64,000 nt of DNA from Trichoplax sp. H2 (taxonomy: Eukaryota), in assembly GCA_003344405.1 (NCBI GenBank), contig NOWV01000022.1, positions 496,001 to 560,000 on the forward strand, in the 5' to 3' direction. Shown piece by piece: positions 1-13,557 of the stretch (the stretch's first letter is position 1; every line of letters begins with the position of its first letter). The position numbers were made by a program, and so were the translations under genes. The notes beneath the pieces were generated by a model that ran no database searches, was not told where the DNA came from, and saw nothing but the letters and a program-made list of their open reading frames with translations.

Positions 1-1166
1 ACTTAATACAAAAAATACATGAAATTGAAGTGATAGATTGATTGATACGATCAAAAATTGGGGGCAAACTGCTTTACAATGATTGTAGCTATGAATAGCA
101 ACAGTTTACAGCTATAACAAAGTGCTAACATGGACACAGAGGTCTATGGTATAGGTACAAGCAAGCATGGGCTACTGCAATCTCCTGTTATTATCCATCT
201 TGATTCTGTACAATTTAGAAAAATAGACAATATAAGAAAGGGAGTGATACAAATGCCAACTGAGCTAATATGCCTTGGTATTTGCGTGCATATGCATACA
301 CATTCTACAGTGCACAATGCTTTAATTCGTAAAGAAATGCCTAGTATAAAAAATAATAACATAGAATATTACAACGTAGACTGTATAGTATATTAATGGT
401 AATAGCTAGTCGCACACCATAAGGTACTTAAAACAGAACTCAAGTAATTATATATAATTGAATATATTATTTTTCTCTACGTCAATTTCTACAAATTTAC
501 GAGCTCACTACCGCAAGTGCTACCAACTATCACAACCATTGAAACTCTATAACTTCGTGGGAAAGATTGCTCGTGGCGAATTAGATAAAGCTATATTACA
601 CTTTGATTGAAGTGATTCTACTTTTGGCTACCTTTTTTAATACTCATTTTTTACGGTCTAAAGCAAAATACTTCAATCAAAATTTTACAGCACTACAATT
701 TTGCTAATAGATAAAGTGCTGTACGAGTATATGTATCTATTATATAGTTACTGCTAAGGATTATTACAGAGTGTTTAATTTTAAATTTATAAACTAACTT
801 CAATCTTGCTAATTGCGCAAATCTGCTTAATTTTAGACTGTAAAATTTAGATTTTAAATTGTCGGACCTACTTATTAACTATAGACAGTTTGTATAGCTG
901 TAGTGAATAACAGTTACAAGAGTCGTCTAGGTCAATTAGTTCAAAAAAGCTTGAAAGCTTTTAGTGTCTATCTACACGTATTGCATCTCTTTTTTCAGTT
1001 TGAAGGCTAAAGCTTCTTGATGCTATAGGTGATACTAGTTTGTATCTAGACGGATTAATTATAATAGCTAATATTGTTTTTACAATCGTACGGTAGTTAT
1101 AGGAATACGGTTTTAGTTATCTAAAATTAGCATAAATCGTTTCTTACTTGAAATTAATCAATTAGC

Positions 1167-3720
1167 ATGGATGAGACGGCTAAACCAGTAAGTGAAGAAT
1201 TGGATGATTTATTCGTAGGTAGTGGCAATACCAAATCCAGGTTTTCCATTCCTATACTACGTCGCTACGTTTCACATATTGAAGTCGTAATATTCCTAGT
1301 ATTTCTCGGCTACGGAATAGGCAACGAATTGTCTACCTCTTATCCAATTTTTTACAATACTTTAAAAAACTCACCAAATGCTTCGATATTTACTGGTCGC
1401 AATTCCAGCTATTGCATCCCCTATGGCCTATTACCTAAACCCAATATCACGAACAAACCGTCTTCGCAGCATCATGAGCTATCACCAGTTGTTTGGATCG
1501 CTATTGTTAATTCAGTATACATTCTTCCGTCTGCTTTCTTCTCCATAATTTACTCTGTTTGGTCTGATCAGTACCGGAGTCGAAGGACCTTCTTAATAAT
1601 GTCCATGACCGGTATTTTTATACAAATCATCGGTTATATCATTACTATCGCAACAATTTCGTCCCCAGCCGGCTTTATCGTTGGTAATGTGATGTCTGGA
1701 ATATTTGGCGGCTATCCCACATTCATATTTTGCTGCTACGCTTACGTGGTAGATCTTAATAGCCAAAGTTCTCGTACATCTCGTTTCGTTTATATTCAGC
1801 TAGCTCAGCTACTCACTCAAGGCATCGCTACAATTGTAGGTGAGCAATGGGCAAAATACTACGGTTTTATTCCTCCTCTCGCACTATCTGCTGTAGTTGT
1901 AGCTTTAGCTATCTTCTACGTTTGGTATTTGTTGGAAGCGCCAAATGTCAAAGCCAGCATTTATGACATGAAACGGACAAGAGAATACGCCGCCGATATT
2001 TCTAAAAATATCGCCTTTTTCTTTAAGACCATCTTTAAATCTCGTGATAATAAAGTGCATTATTGCTTGATATGGGTTATTATTTCATTCGTATTACTTT
2101 CTGTGATTGGTTTTTTTGAAACGATTAACCTCTATCTATCCGGTTATCCGTATTGCTGGTCTATCGATAAAGTATTAATATATGATTGTGGACGAGAAAT
2201 AGCTATGGGAGCAGGAGCAGTTATTGGCTGGTTACTGTTTAAAGGCTGCTTTACTGAATTGACAATAGCTGGTATTGGAATTACGTTTATGATTATGGAA
2301 ACGATCATGATATCTGTGACGACCAGTAGCTCGGTACTGTTTGGATGTAAGTGCTATTACCATTTATTTAGTCGATACATTTTATCACTTATAACACTAC
2401 TGTGCATTTAGTTGTGCTGTGCCTAATTTAAGAAATTATAATAACGCAGTTGTTGATCATGTACGGGTAGAAAGATTTACCCAAATACCATGAACGTAAT
2501 ATCCAATGTATCTCGCAATTACATTGTATTGCATTCACCTATTACTAAATGAACAGGTCGTAATTTTTGTACTCCTATTATTAATCTTTGCAACTATCCT
2601 ACAGATATTAAAATCGAGTATATCGTTAATTTAATGTCAGCTTAAGTTAATATTCAATTATACATTGCACAGTCTGCCAGAGTAGCATTTTTCTTACCAA
2701 ATGTTGCTTCATATGTCTATGCCTAAATCAAGTATGGTTATAGAATATTCTATCATTGGCTAAAATATTAAATGAGATTCCTAAATCGCATCTTTATCTT
2801 TTCAATTATATCCAGCAATTGGTGTTGGAGCAATAGGAGGAGTTACCCTTCCTTGCTTGCTTAGCATTTTATCTAGGCTTGTTAGTGAAGACGAACAAGG
2901 TAAACGTTTCACGTTCGCCATGTTTTATTATCATGCTCACAGTGATGATACGGCGACTAAACTAGTCAATATTACGATCGATAATCATCAAACTTATAAC
3001 TTTAAAATCATACTGACGAGATGTCTTCATAAGCCCTTATCGTAATAGAAAGAAGTATACAATTATTTAAGTAGCGAGCAATTGCAATAGTTTTAGTAAT
3101 AGCGAGTTATTCTATTGCTGCCAATATTCTATCATCTCAATACGTTTAAGCTCAATATATTGCATTACTAAATAGTTATAGCAAGTTCATAACGTCACCG
3201 ATAACATCGTAATAATTCTCATGATCTTGATATTCTAATCAATTCACGATAGTAACATCTACTCATACTTGCCCCAATTTAACTGATTAGATTTGTAATA
3301 TTATAAAATTATTTTAGGAATCCTGTTCTGTTTTGCTGGCCTTCTTCAATTAATCATTGCTATAATTGGATTGCCAACCTTCCTCGGAATATTTATGGCA
3401 AGCCGTGTAGTAAACCCTGCGATGGTTTTTATCGTCATGACTGCGATACTCGTAGTCCCTAAAGTTATCGTTTGGTAATGAAAAGCCTGATTTATGATCA
3501 ATATTATAAAAGTGTGATTGTTGTCCTTACCTTATAAACATTGTTTTATCCTTAACTATAATTTCTAATATAACCGCATTTATTCAATTGTTGAGCATGC
3601 CGATTTCCATTAAAATACTTTGTTGATCGTCCACATACCGTTAATAATCATAGTTTAATTTTAGTTTTCTATTTTTCTAGGGTACTGTCTTTCCGTGAAT
3701 GCAGACAGACAAGAGAATAA
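1167..3720 (+). CDS. SLC46-family (proton-coupled folate/heme transporter-like) MFS transporter, 4 exons (~1167-2346, 2816-2899, 3318-3474, 3681-3720)
   Basis: Many hydrophobic TM segments, 'WSDQYRSRR' MFS loop motif, 'CYAYVVD...SRTSRF' and 'LSRLVSEDEQG' segments typical of SLC46. GT-AG junctions give an in-frame splice to TAA at 3718-3720. Confidence 0.75.
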
Positions 3721-5290
3721 ATAATTCGAAGTACCGAGGCCTGATATTACAGTACCTTTGTTGTTCACTACACCGTTGATTATTTATTTATCCTATGGGC
3801 ATGAATAGTTTAGAAAGCTCTGAATATTTGTACCATGTTTGCGGTTTAAGAATCGGAAGTGGTACATTGATCTTCTTTCTCGCAAATCTAATCATAACCG
3901 GCTGTTTGAAAATCATAGCCATTACAATTAACTTCTCCCATGAAAATCTAACCTTAAGCATAAATCATGATACATGCACACATAAACAGTATGATTATTG
4001 TAGCGTTTGAGTTAGTTTGGCTTATACATCTATAAATCCCCACAGCTCGAATTAATTGCATTGTAATCATTTATACGTCACCTTGCTCATGTCTCTTGAT
4101 AAATCAGTACGACTATCTGTACAATGAATTGAGGCATGGACTGAACTAAAGTAAAATTATGTTGTAATTGACTTTTGCACTTCATGCAATCCTATCTTAT
4201 GTGCGTTAGAACTTGTTCAATTATAATTATGTTGAATCGCTTTGTAATATTAATATAATTATACTGTAATATTTGTTGTAATATCAAGGCCAATTCGTAA
4301 TAATTATTAATAAATAATAACCTTAGTGGATGCATATATTCATGAAGAATTTGTAGCATAACGTTTAGAATGAATATCGCCAGTCACTGACTTCTGACTA
4401 ACACTTAAGCAATCTGCAATACGCGAAAGTGTACCTAGATACTGTAGCATGTTCATGAGCTATCCAATGATGTATAATTATTTTTTTTACCGAGTCTAAT
4501 AAAACGTTGACAGTAAAAGTATCTACGATCTTGTCACTATATTTCCACAGTAGTAAAATTATCCAATGGTGTGAACAAGTTTCGACTTAGAGGGCTTTCA
4601 AAAGGAAAAGATAGTGTTATTGCAGTAGTTTGCAGAAAGGTAATCGGTTCACCAATGTTACTACTGTACACACTGATTCTAAACCTCATATATAAGAAGC
4701 ATGACTGCTAGGGTAGCAGGTACAAATATCGCTCTTTATCTAATTAATATTATTTACCCTTGACAGCAATGGCGATGTGCTTTAAAGTGATGTACGTGTA
4801 CTTTAATGTCTGGGAATCAGCATAGAATCGTACGTAAGTGGCGAATCTCTATCACGTAGCAGCGAAGGTGAAAATCTAAATATGATTACGTACTATGCGC
4901 AGTAATCAGCCACTAGAGCTCTAATGCTCAATAACAGCAAGCACCTAAATAGTTTAGTAAATATAATTTCATGTACATCAAGCAGCCTACTAAACTAAAT
5001 GATACAAATTTTGAATTTCACCCTGAAGCTACTTGCTAATGCGTATGTCTAACTATATCAGTTTCAAGCATGAATTTGTAGAACTGCAAACTATGTATAT
5101 GTAACCTATCGCATAAGAATATCAAACTCTATCCTAAGCTGAAAGAGGACAAAATGCTTGCAATTTGTATCGATGTCAAATACGGTATTTCTTGTAATTT
5201 GGCACAAGATTACGTTAAATCAAGTTTTTATTTTAACATTGGAACTGACAGGTGTAGTAAATTTACAGAAGAGAATTTAATCCCAAGAAA

Positions 5291-5724
5291 TTAATCGAAT
5301 AAGCCGAAGCCCATGTCATCGTCAGATTCTTCTTCTTCTTCCTTCTCAGCTGGTTTTTCTTCCTTTTCTGCTTCAGGGGCAGCACCACCTCCAGCCGATG
5401 CACCAGCACCTACAAATAATTGTAAAAGTACAAATTAAACTATTAGCCGATATTGGAATTGATCGATCGAAATCATCGCTTAAGCATGGAAATTCTTGGT
5501 ATACCTGATGAGACAGCACCTCCAGATGGAACAGATGCTAATTTTGAAAGACCCTCTTTGATCACCTCATCTACATCTTTACCTTCTAGTTCAGAGATTA
5601 CTTTACTTAATCTTTCACTATCAACATCGATACCAACGCTGCCTAAAATACTTTCAATATCCGATGCACTAGGTGAATCGTTGCCACCAAGTCGTGCTAA
5701 CAAGTATGCACTCACGTATCTCAT
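5291..5724 (-). CDS. RPLP2: 60S acidic ribosomal protein P2, 2 coding exons (5505-5724, 5291-5409)
   Basis: N-terminus [31 protein letters not shown]; second exon ends ...[15 protein letters not shown], the conserved P-protein C-terminus. Confidence 0.97.
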
Positions 5725-6058
5725 CTATCAACAGAAATCCATCAATAACTATAAGAAAAACGAAACGATTTACCAATAACAGCGTAGACCGACTCCAATG
5801 ACTAACTCTATTACTATCAAAGAGTGGGTGAATTCAATTTTACGCCATCAAACTGACTACGCTATCAAGGCTACTTTTAGGTATAGCGCCATCTTCCACT
5901 AGTGTAATCTTTGAAATGACTCTAAAATGATCCTTATCAATCAATTACTATCCTATTTTGTACCATTTAGCCTTATTTTATTTCTATCTAGGTAATTTTA
6001 CCAGTTCTTTTACCGTTATAAGCTGTAAACTAACTTATTTTAAGGGCAAGAAACTTAC

Positions 6059-6105
6059 TTTTCTCGAGGTTGTACACGCCGTAAATGTCGTAGTGTCAAA
6101 AGAGG
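6059..6105 (-). promoter_or_regulatory. Probable RPLP2 non-coding first exon starting at a TCT/5'TOP polypyrimidine initiator
   Basis: Minus strand reads TTCATCCTCTTTTGAC at ~6095-6110. A GTAAGT donor lies at 6053-6058, and an AG acceptor directly precedes the ATG at 5724. Confidence 0.6.
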
Positions 6106-6189
6106 ATGAAGCTTCGTCACAACGTGGTTTTATGACCGTCAGGCACCGCGGTCGGTGAGTCTTGTTCAACAACCATGGTGCAAACCATA

Positions 6190-7120
6190 CTCTACAGTAA
6201 TATATTACTGTATGGTAGAGTACGGCACAGTGTGTAGTGTACACTCTGTGAAAAAAATGCATGGATACAGTAGAGTACAAACCAGCGGTCAACCAGTGGT
6301 CAACCAGTGTTACAGTACTACTGTCTACAGTACACTGTACTGTAGACGCAGTGCATACAATACTGTATAGTACGGTACAGTACAGTACTACTGTACTTTT
6401 ACAGCTTACAACTTACAGTACAGTACTGTACTGTAGTACAGTACTGTGACTGTTAATGCACGCTTTTTTTATGTACTGTACAGTACAGTACAGTACAGTA
6501 CAGTACAGTACACGACGCTACAGTACGATACACTGTACACTGTACGGTACAGTACATGAGTACAGTACTGTACGTACAGTATAAGAGATCTGCAGTCATA
6601 GACTACAGTACAGTACTAGAAGACCTACAGGCTACAGTAAATAGTCATTCATAGTGTTGCGGACTACTAGACGGACAGGCAACAGCCGCCTAAGAAGACC
6701 TCCATGGCTCCATACTATAGTCGTTCCCAGTGTCGCGGACTACTAGACGGACAGGCAACGGCCGCTTATTAAGAAGACCTCCATAGTCATTCTCATTCAT
6801 ATCGTAGTGTTGCGGACTACTAGACGGAAAGGCAACGGCCGCTTATTAAGAAGACTAAAATGATAAGACTGACTATTTTGCTGGCCATCTCAACTAAATT
6901 GGATGTCTGAAATGATATACTATAAGTATACTGTCTGCAATTGCCATCCAAAATGGCTGCTTGATTGTAAATTCAGGGCACAGCTACTGCTCTACAGTCG
7001 TGTCTTGTACTGTACAGTACGCTATACTGTAGTGTACAGTTACAGCGTACTGTACAGTACAGTACAGTACTCTAGTGGTCCTTAATATACAGTACTGTAC
7101 AGTATACTGTACAGTACAAA
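6190..7120. repeat. TACAG/CTGTA low-complexity palindromic tracts (6190-6640, 6980-7120)
   Basis: Runs such as (cagta)n and tactgtacagtacagtacagtac. Confidence 0.9.
6651..6857. repeat. 3-copy ~80 bp tandem array, core GTGTTGCGGACTACTAGACGGACAGGCAACRGCCGC...AAGAAGAC
   Basis: Near-identical copies starting at ~6654, ~6730 and ~6807. Confidence 0.9.
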
Positions 7121-7122
7121 CT

Positions 7123-7805
7123 CACGTAGACGGCTTGCGATAATGTACCCATTTGTTAATAATTAACAGATAGTATTACCATTCGACATTATATATATTT
7201 ATATATATAAGGAGAGCGGGAATGGCAATGAAGGATGACTAATATAGTAGCTCTCCACTTCCTAGGATATTATTTGCCAAAAAAAATAAACAGTTGAAAT
7301 ACTGTATTTTGGATTAGTATTAGTTCTCTCAAACTTGCATAGAACTATTCACGTCGACGGCTTACGATAATGTACCCATTTGTTAATAATTAACAGATAG
7401 TATTACCATTCGACGTATATATATATATATATAAGGAGAGCGGGAATGGCAATGAAGGATGACTAATATAGTAGCTCTCCACTTCCTAGGATATTATTTG
7501 CCAAAAAAATAAACAGTTGAAATACTGTATTTTGGATTAGTACTGTATTAGTTCTCTCAAACTTGCATAGAACTATTCACGTCGACGGCTTGCGATAATG
7601 TACCCATTTGTTAATAATTAACAGATAGTATTACCATTCGACATTATATATATTTATATATATAAGGAGAGCGGGAATGGCAATGAAGGATGACTAATGT
7701 AGTAGCTCTCCACTTCCTAGGATATTATTTGCCCAAAAAAATAAACAGTTGAAATACTGTATTTTGGATTAGTATTAGTTCTCTCAAATTTGCATAGAAC
7801 TATTG
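7123..7805. repeat. 3-copy ~227 bp near-perfect tandem repeat containing a (TA)n microsatellite
   Basis: Units start at CACGT(A/C)GACGGCTT (~7123, ~7350, ~7578). They differ mainly in the TA run, the A-run length and a small insertion. Confidence 0.95.
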
Positions 7806-8429
7806 TGTTGTCTATTGAATTCGATTGGAGCATACTGTACACTACTGTACACTATATTGTAGAGAACCGTTTCAGTAGCCTGCTTGACTACAGATTCCGA
7901 GGGAAATGGGTATGTCCATCCACATGTCTATCATAGTAGAAGAAAGGAAAAAAAGGGAATTTTGTTATGGATTGCCTATTAAGTTATTATAATGATGCAG
8001 TAGTCTCCAATATGAGCCACACTGGTTTATTATATTTTAAAACAATCAACTTGAATTAATGAAGTTATTCATAATGAATATGGTATAGCAAAGTAATGAT
8101 CTGATATCAATATTTTGGGCAACGTCTCATTATAATAAAGTCGTTGACGGGTCCGACAGTCTGAAATAGACTTCCTGCCAAGTTGACCGAAAAGGCAAGA
8201 TTGATCATAGTTGATCATGTATTGAGCGAGGTGGAAAAATAGCCAACGTTATTAACGAGCAATTTACTGTGCTAATTTTAGTAGACCGGCGCCATTCTAC
8301 GACTGAAAAATCTTCATCGTCGATAGCTAACAATTAGTACTATCCATATGATATTATTAAGACTACACGGGAAAACTCAAGTAGTTTGATAAGCTTCAAT
8401 AGGGCCTTGAATCCCGTCAACATTCAAGA

Positions 8430-9467
8430 ATGAAGAACACCACCTATCATAATAACTCAACAGGTACCACTCCTTCGCCTATTCAGGTAATCACTATCTA
8501 TGGTATCATATTTATTTTATCCTCCATTGGTAATGTTTTACTATGTGTAGTAACGTATAAGCAACACCATCGACGCTATTCTAGTGCTAGGTTATTTATA
8601 TTCAACTTAGCAATTGCTGATCTGATTACAACCGTAAGTATACCCTTTATAGCCGTAGTGACTGTCTTTGACGAGTTTCCCTTCGATGATTTCCTGTGTA
8701 AAACTATTTACAGTGTTCGCAATTGGGCAGTCTATGCAACGGCGTTAAATCTTGTCGCCATTAGCTACGACCGTTTGCTTTGTATTCGATCGCCGTTAAC
8801 CTTTGGATTGAGTAAAAGATCAACTATTACGCTTATACTCATCGTTTGGTTTACAGCATTGATAGCTGTCTTCCCGCAATGGGTTATACTTCAGGTTCAG
8901 GAATTTCATGGTGATCATTATTGCATCGAAGCATGGACATCGCTAAAGAGTCGCCAAGCTTATTCAATCTCGATGGCGGTGTTATTCTATTTTATTCCCT
9001 TACTATGTATTTGCATTTTCAACACTGGTATCGCATTAACCATATATAAAGCAGCAAGACAAGAAATTAATCGCAGCAAGGTTATTTCCAAGAGTAAAAG
9101 AAAAATCACCATCATGATGGCAGTTATATGCATCATATTTTTCTCCTGTTATGCGTTAGCTTACATCCTTATCATATTAATTGATTTCAGTGCTCTCCCT
9201 TTGAATCCATTCAATTCTTCGGATATATCCATTTTTCTTATTGCTGACTATATTGCTTATTCTCATTCTATTTGGAATCCTATTATCTATGGATTATTTA
9301 CTATTGCAGTGAGAAAATACTCCAACAAATTGCTCTTATGTACTCGTTCGAAATCTCGCAATTCAGTGATAGAAAAAAATGAGACCAAACTTGCAACAAT
9401 GACGCAAAATCGTAATCTCTCCAAGAGCAACCTAACTATGGTGCAACCTCTTCAAACAACTGTATGA
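8430..9467 (+). CDS. Intronless rhodopsin-like (class A) GPCR, peptide-receptor-like, 345 aa
   Basis: GN in TM1, NLAIAD in TM2, C-terminal TM3 'ISYDRL', ECL2 'YCIEAW', NPIIY in TM7, N-terminal N-glycosylation sites. Confidence 0.93.
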   Translation: MKNTTYHNNSTGTTPSPIQVITIYGIIFILSSIGNVLLCVVTYKQHHRRYSSARLFIFNLAIADLITTVSIPFIAVVTVFDEFPFDDFLCKTIYSVRNWAVYATALNLVAISYDRLLCIRSPLTFGLSKRSTITLILIVWFTALIAVFPQWVILQVQEFHGDHYCIEAWTSLKSRQAYSISMAVLFYFIPLLCICIFNTGIALTIYKAARQEINRSKVISKSKRKITIMMAVICIIFFSCYALAYILIILIDFSALPLNPFNSSDISIFLIADYIAYSHSIWNPIIYGLFTIAVRKYSNKLLLCTRSKSRNSVIEKNETKLATMTQNRNLSKSNLTMVQPLQTTV

Positions 9468-12400
9468 AAGAACGGATTGATAACCAAACTGAATAGCTAT
9501 TGTAATCAAATAAAAGTGGATGGTCTAGCAAATTCTTGATCATATAAAAAAAGGGTTATCGCGAATAAACGCCTGGGTAATCATAAATTATTTCGTATGC
9601 TCTGCACCTTATCATTGTCTGTAGCAAAATCATGATTAACGCGAAATAGGGGTAATAGCCGTTTAAAGCTGCTAGATAATTTTGGAATATCTCAAAATTT
9701 ACAAAGTATGAAGATAATGATCTTTAGCGAAAACTTTCTCGGTTTTACTATATATTGTATATACTGCACAGTATAATATAGACGAATAGGAACAGACATA
9801 ATATTATTAAGTTTATCAGAAACGCTTGTAAAGCGATTCTACTGAAGATTGGTTTGATAAGATTGTTTTGATTTAGTAACTACAAAGTGTCGTGTCAACT
9901 GCTAGCACTTTAAGAGATATTTTATTGCACTCCATTTAATCAACTAAAATTGAAAATTGACGTAGCAAATTGATCATGATTCAATGCAAAACAAATCAAT
10001 TCACCGAATGATCAATTTTGTGAGTTCGATTTTATAGTTATTACTGATTGTAAATTTTTTAGCCCTTCGAAATAAAGGTACATTATTCTCAATGAAGCTG
10101 ATTTTTGGTTGCACTTTGTTAGCCTATGTAATAACGGTATATAAAGATGCTTACTATAAAGCAGCAATGACTATACATCGTATCATAGTATAGGAAGGTA
10201 AATAACTTGTCTATTTTGCAACACTTTCTTAATCTTTTCCTTGATCAATAGCAAATAAATAGAATAATGGCACATTTAGAGAACTGTAAATTCATGAGAG
10301 GTAAAGTCAATAGATAATAAAAGAGTTATTATTCATTTGTTTATGACTTTGACGAGTTAATATGGCAACTGTGGGTACAATAATGCCCCTATATGGTGCA
10401 ACAATTAAATGGAATTGCTCTTACAAAGTATAACAGAAGAATTAATTCTTCTGTTGCATTGTTTGCAGTTACTACGGAAACATAACTATCATACACAAGT
10501 AAATTTTTTATCGAGTTATTAATTAAGCTGGACTCGATTGAATATCCATCATACTAGGTATAATTATTTCCGTTAATTTTAAAGTTAAAGATTATACTGT
10601 TAAAATCAGCTCGAAAACTTAAATTACGCTAACTATGCTACGTATTTATTATTTAATGAATCATGGCAACTATTGAAAATCAATTACTTTACTTCAGGTC
10701 TTTAGCCTCATGATAGATAGTAATAAATGGCAAACGTGGCCCGAAATTCAAACTAGCCTATTTCAGTGTCCTCAAGCTATTCACTGAATTAGAGAGATAT
10801 TGCTATAACTATATAAATAGTATACTGGCGTTGTAAAGTACTGTACAGTTCATTCTAGGTTAGAAAGTAAAATAAATTTAAAGATGGATGAAAATGGCTG
10901 TCATCAATAAACAATAAGATTCGGTCAGAGTCAATCTATCAGGTATGCAATACTAGGAGTTTCATACTACAGTTCAATCTTGCTACCCTCTATATTAGAT
11001 AAATAAAATCTTCAGGATATATGGTTTCGTGCGTAATCAGTACCTGTATGAATTACCTTCAGTAATCTAACTTCAATACAGTATCACTTTATTGCTATTT
11101 ATTAACTATCAATAAGTATACGAAATTGTTAGGTGTAAGATGCGTTGTTATTAACTATATGGTACTACACGGATACTGCTGAACGTTAAGATAATTAAAC
11201 TTAAAAATACTACAGTAGCTAGCGCAATCAATCATAAGAAACGCTATAGTACCGGTGTCAGAGTTTAGAAATGCTATAAAAGAACCCGTATTTCATCGCT
11301 TTTCGGAGTCAGTTAAAGCAAGGCACAACTCTGCTAATTATAAATTGTTGAAAGCAAGCGAAGAAAACCCAACATAGGGCGATAGCTGCTACACAATCAA
11401 TCAAGATAGGCAAGACCTTGAACAGCAAATTAATACCACTACTTTTACGGTAGTAGAAATAGCCGCCTTAAGTAGATAGTGAAGTTTGCTACAGTCAAAC
11501 TAATAAATAGATCAATCAGATATATATCTCATTGTCGCCTAACTACTATAACTCGGTACTGTTTACATTCTAAGTTAGAAAAATAATTCCAGCTGCAAAT
11601 CGGTTATTTTTCTCGTTTATGGGTTCGAATTTGTAATCACTACTTGAATCAGTATATAAATTAGCTTGATACCGTTATGAATTTATTTACTTTCAATGGC
11701 AATCATCACAACTACCTTTAGCTCATTATTTTCTAGCAATTACACCTCTCTCGTGCCTCCTCTTCACTAAATTATGAGCTCAAATTTTATAGATATAACA
11801 ATTAATTTACGGCAAACCTACACAGCTATCAATACACATTACTTAAATAACATTATAAATAGATGTAGCACACCGTCAAGCTAGTTGCAAGTATTTATTA
11901 TCTCTTTATTAATACATGCTTGTTAAATTATCTAACAAATGCCATATGGCGATGATTAAATAATTCTCTTGCATTATAATAATGTATCGTACTTTAGCAC
12001 ACACGAGGTATAAAATGCACTAGCATCAAGGCAGTTGATTTAGATAATTCAGCTTTATCTAAATAAACGGCATTAGAACTTTGAAATAGCATTATTATCG
12101 CATCTTAATGCAGTTCATATAATTATTTTATGCCCATAACCAAATGTATTTTTAATAATAATTAATAGAGTCCATCATATAGATAACTCCTATACTGTAG
12201 ATTTAGTAAATATTTATTTGCATTCAATGTTATCATGAAGCCAAAAGGCAACAAAAATTATGCTATAACAACAGCGTAATAATTTTTCGCGATCAGGTCA
12301 TTTGTTGTTCTTCTACGCTATACAAGAATATCGTAAGTCTATCTATCGATACTAAGCAAAGTTCAGATATATTCTACTGAGCGATAAAGATCACCCCCAC

Positions 12401-13557
12401 ACGCTAAGCTTAATCGACTTATGATCTGATCAAGCAATGTACGAGTATACACGTATAATACGCATATGCCGCACCGTTACTCTAAATCATTTCTGTCGTA
12501 AAATACTGTTGATAGAGTTAATTTTTTCTCTTCTGGCATAATCCACAGAATTAGTTCATGCAGTTGATAACAATCTACTTTAAATCCTTTAGAGATTTCA
12601 TTATCCAGTATTAATTATAAAATTTGATGTTGTCATGGTATCAACAGAAAAGACTAGTTTACGAAAATCTACTTGCACCTTATATAAAGTGACGTGCATT
12701 CGCATATCAGCTACACTTTTAAAAATAATGATAATTTCATTCTGAAATTCGGATGAAAGCATACATGAAATTTATTGATAGGTTTAACGCGATAAATAAT
12801 AATTACAAGACTAATTCATCAGAAATAGATTCCATGAAGCTTGTCATAAATTCGCAATTTCATTTAGAGGATACAGTGTTGGTCAAATAAACAATTACAA
12901 TATCTGTTGAGAAGTATGGTAATTGCAGTTTTGCCATCATATTCACAAATCTGTCATTTAGATATTAATACTGGAAATGATACAATTATGAGTATTTAAC
13001 TCAACACAAGAAATTTACATTTCGATTCATCAATTTACGTTAATATATGTATATATTTACATGTACAGAGTCTAAACACGAATAAAATTGAACTAAAATT
13101 TTTGATAAATGCCGCTCTTTTATAGATTTCACTTACTGTCGATATAGTCGAGTTATATATATGTCACAAATTGATTCGCTATTAGGTTAGTTGCGCCATC
13201 TTATATCGGAAATGGGTAATAAAAAGTCATGTAGTACCAATTCAATGTACAGGAACTTCAATAATAATATCAATTACTTTGTACAATTTAACGTCGTCGT
13301 AGCGCAGATAAAATACTTTTATCAATAACTGAGTTATAAAATTACTTACTGTAAGAATTAGAACTCATACCAAGTACCTGAATAAGATTATTAACTTGTT
13401 CATTGCAATGAGACAATGTACAGTAATATTTAAAAATATAATCCAAGCTTGCAAGGATAAAAAATTTTTAAAATGAGGCATCTCTTCTGTATATTTCCTT
13501 ACCAAGTTTGCGCACAACACGACGACGATAAACTAATCTACAAAAGGCTAAATTAAA

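Noticed and set aside
5453..5779. Plus-strand 108 aa ORF (and similar ORFs opposite CTSC and ADK)
   Set aside because: These are antisense shadows of real coding exons.
6035..7085. Short Tyr/Ser/Thr/Val/Cys-rich ORFs (also at 19.3-20.3, 26.3-26.5, 30.0-30.7 and 58.0-58.2 kb)
   Set aside because: They are translations of TACAG tracts and cassette repeats, which contain few stop codons.
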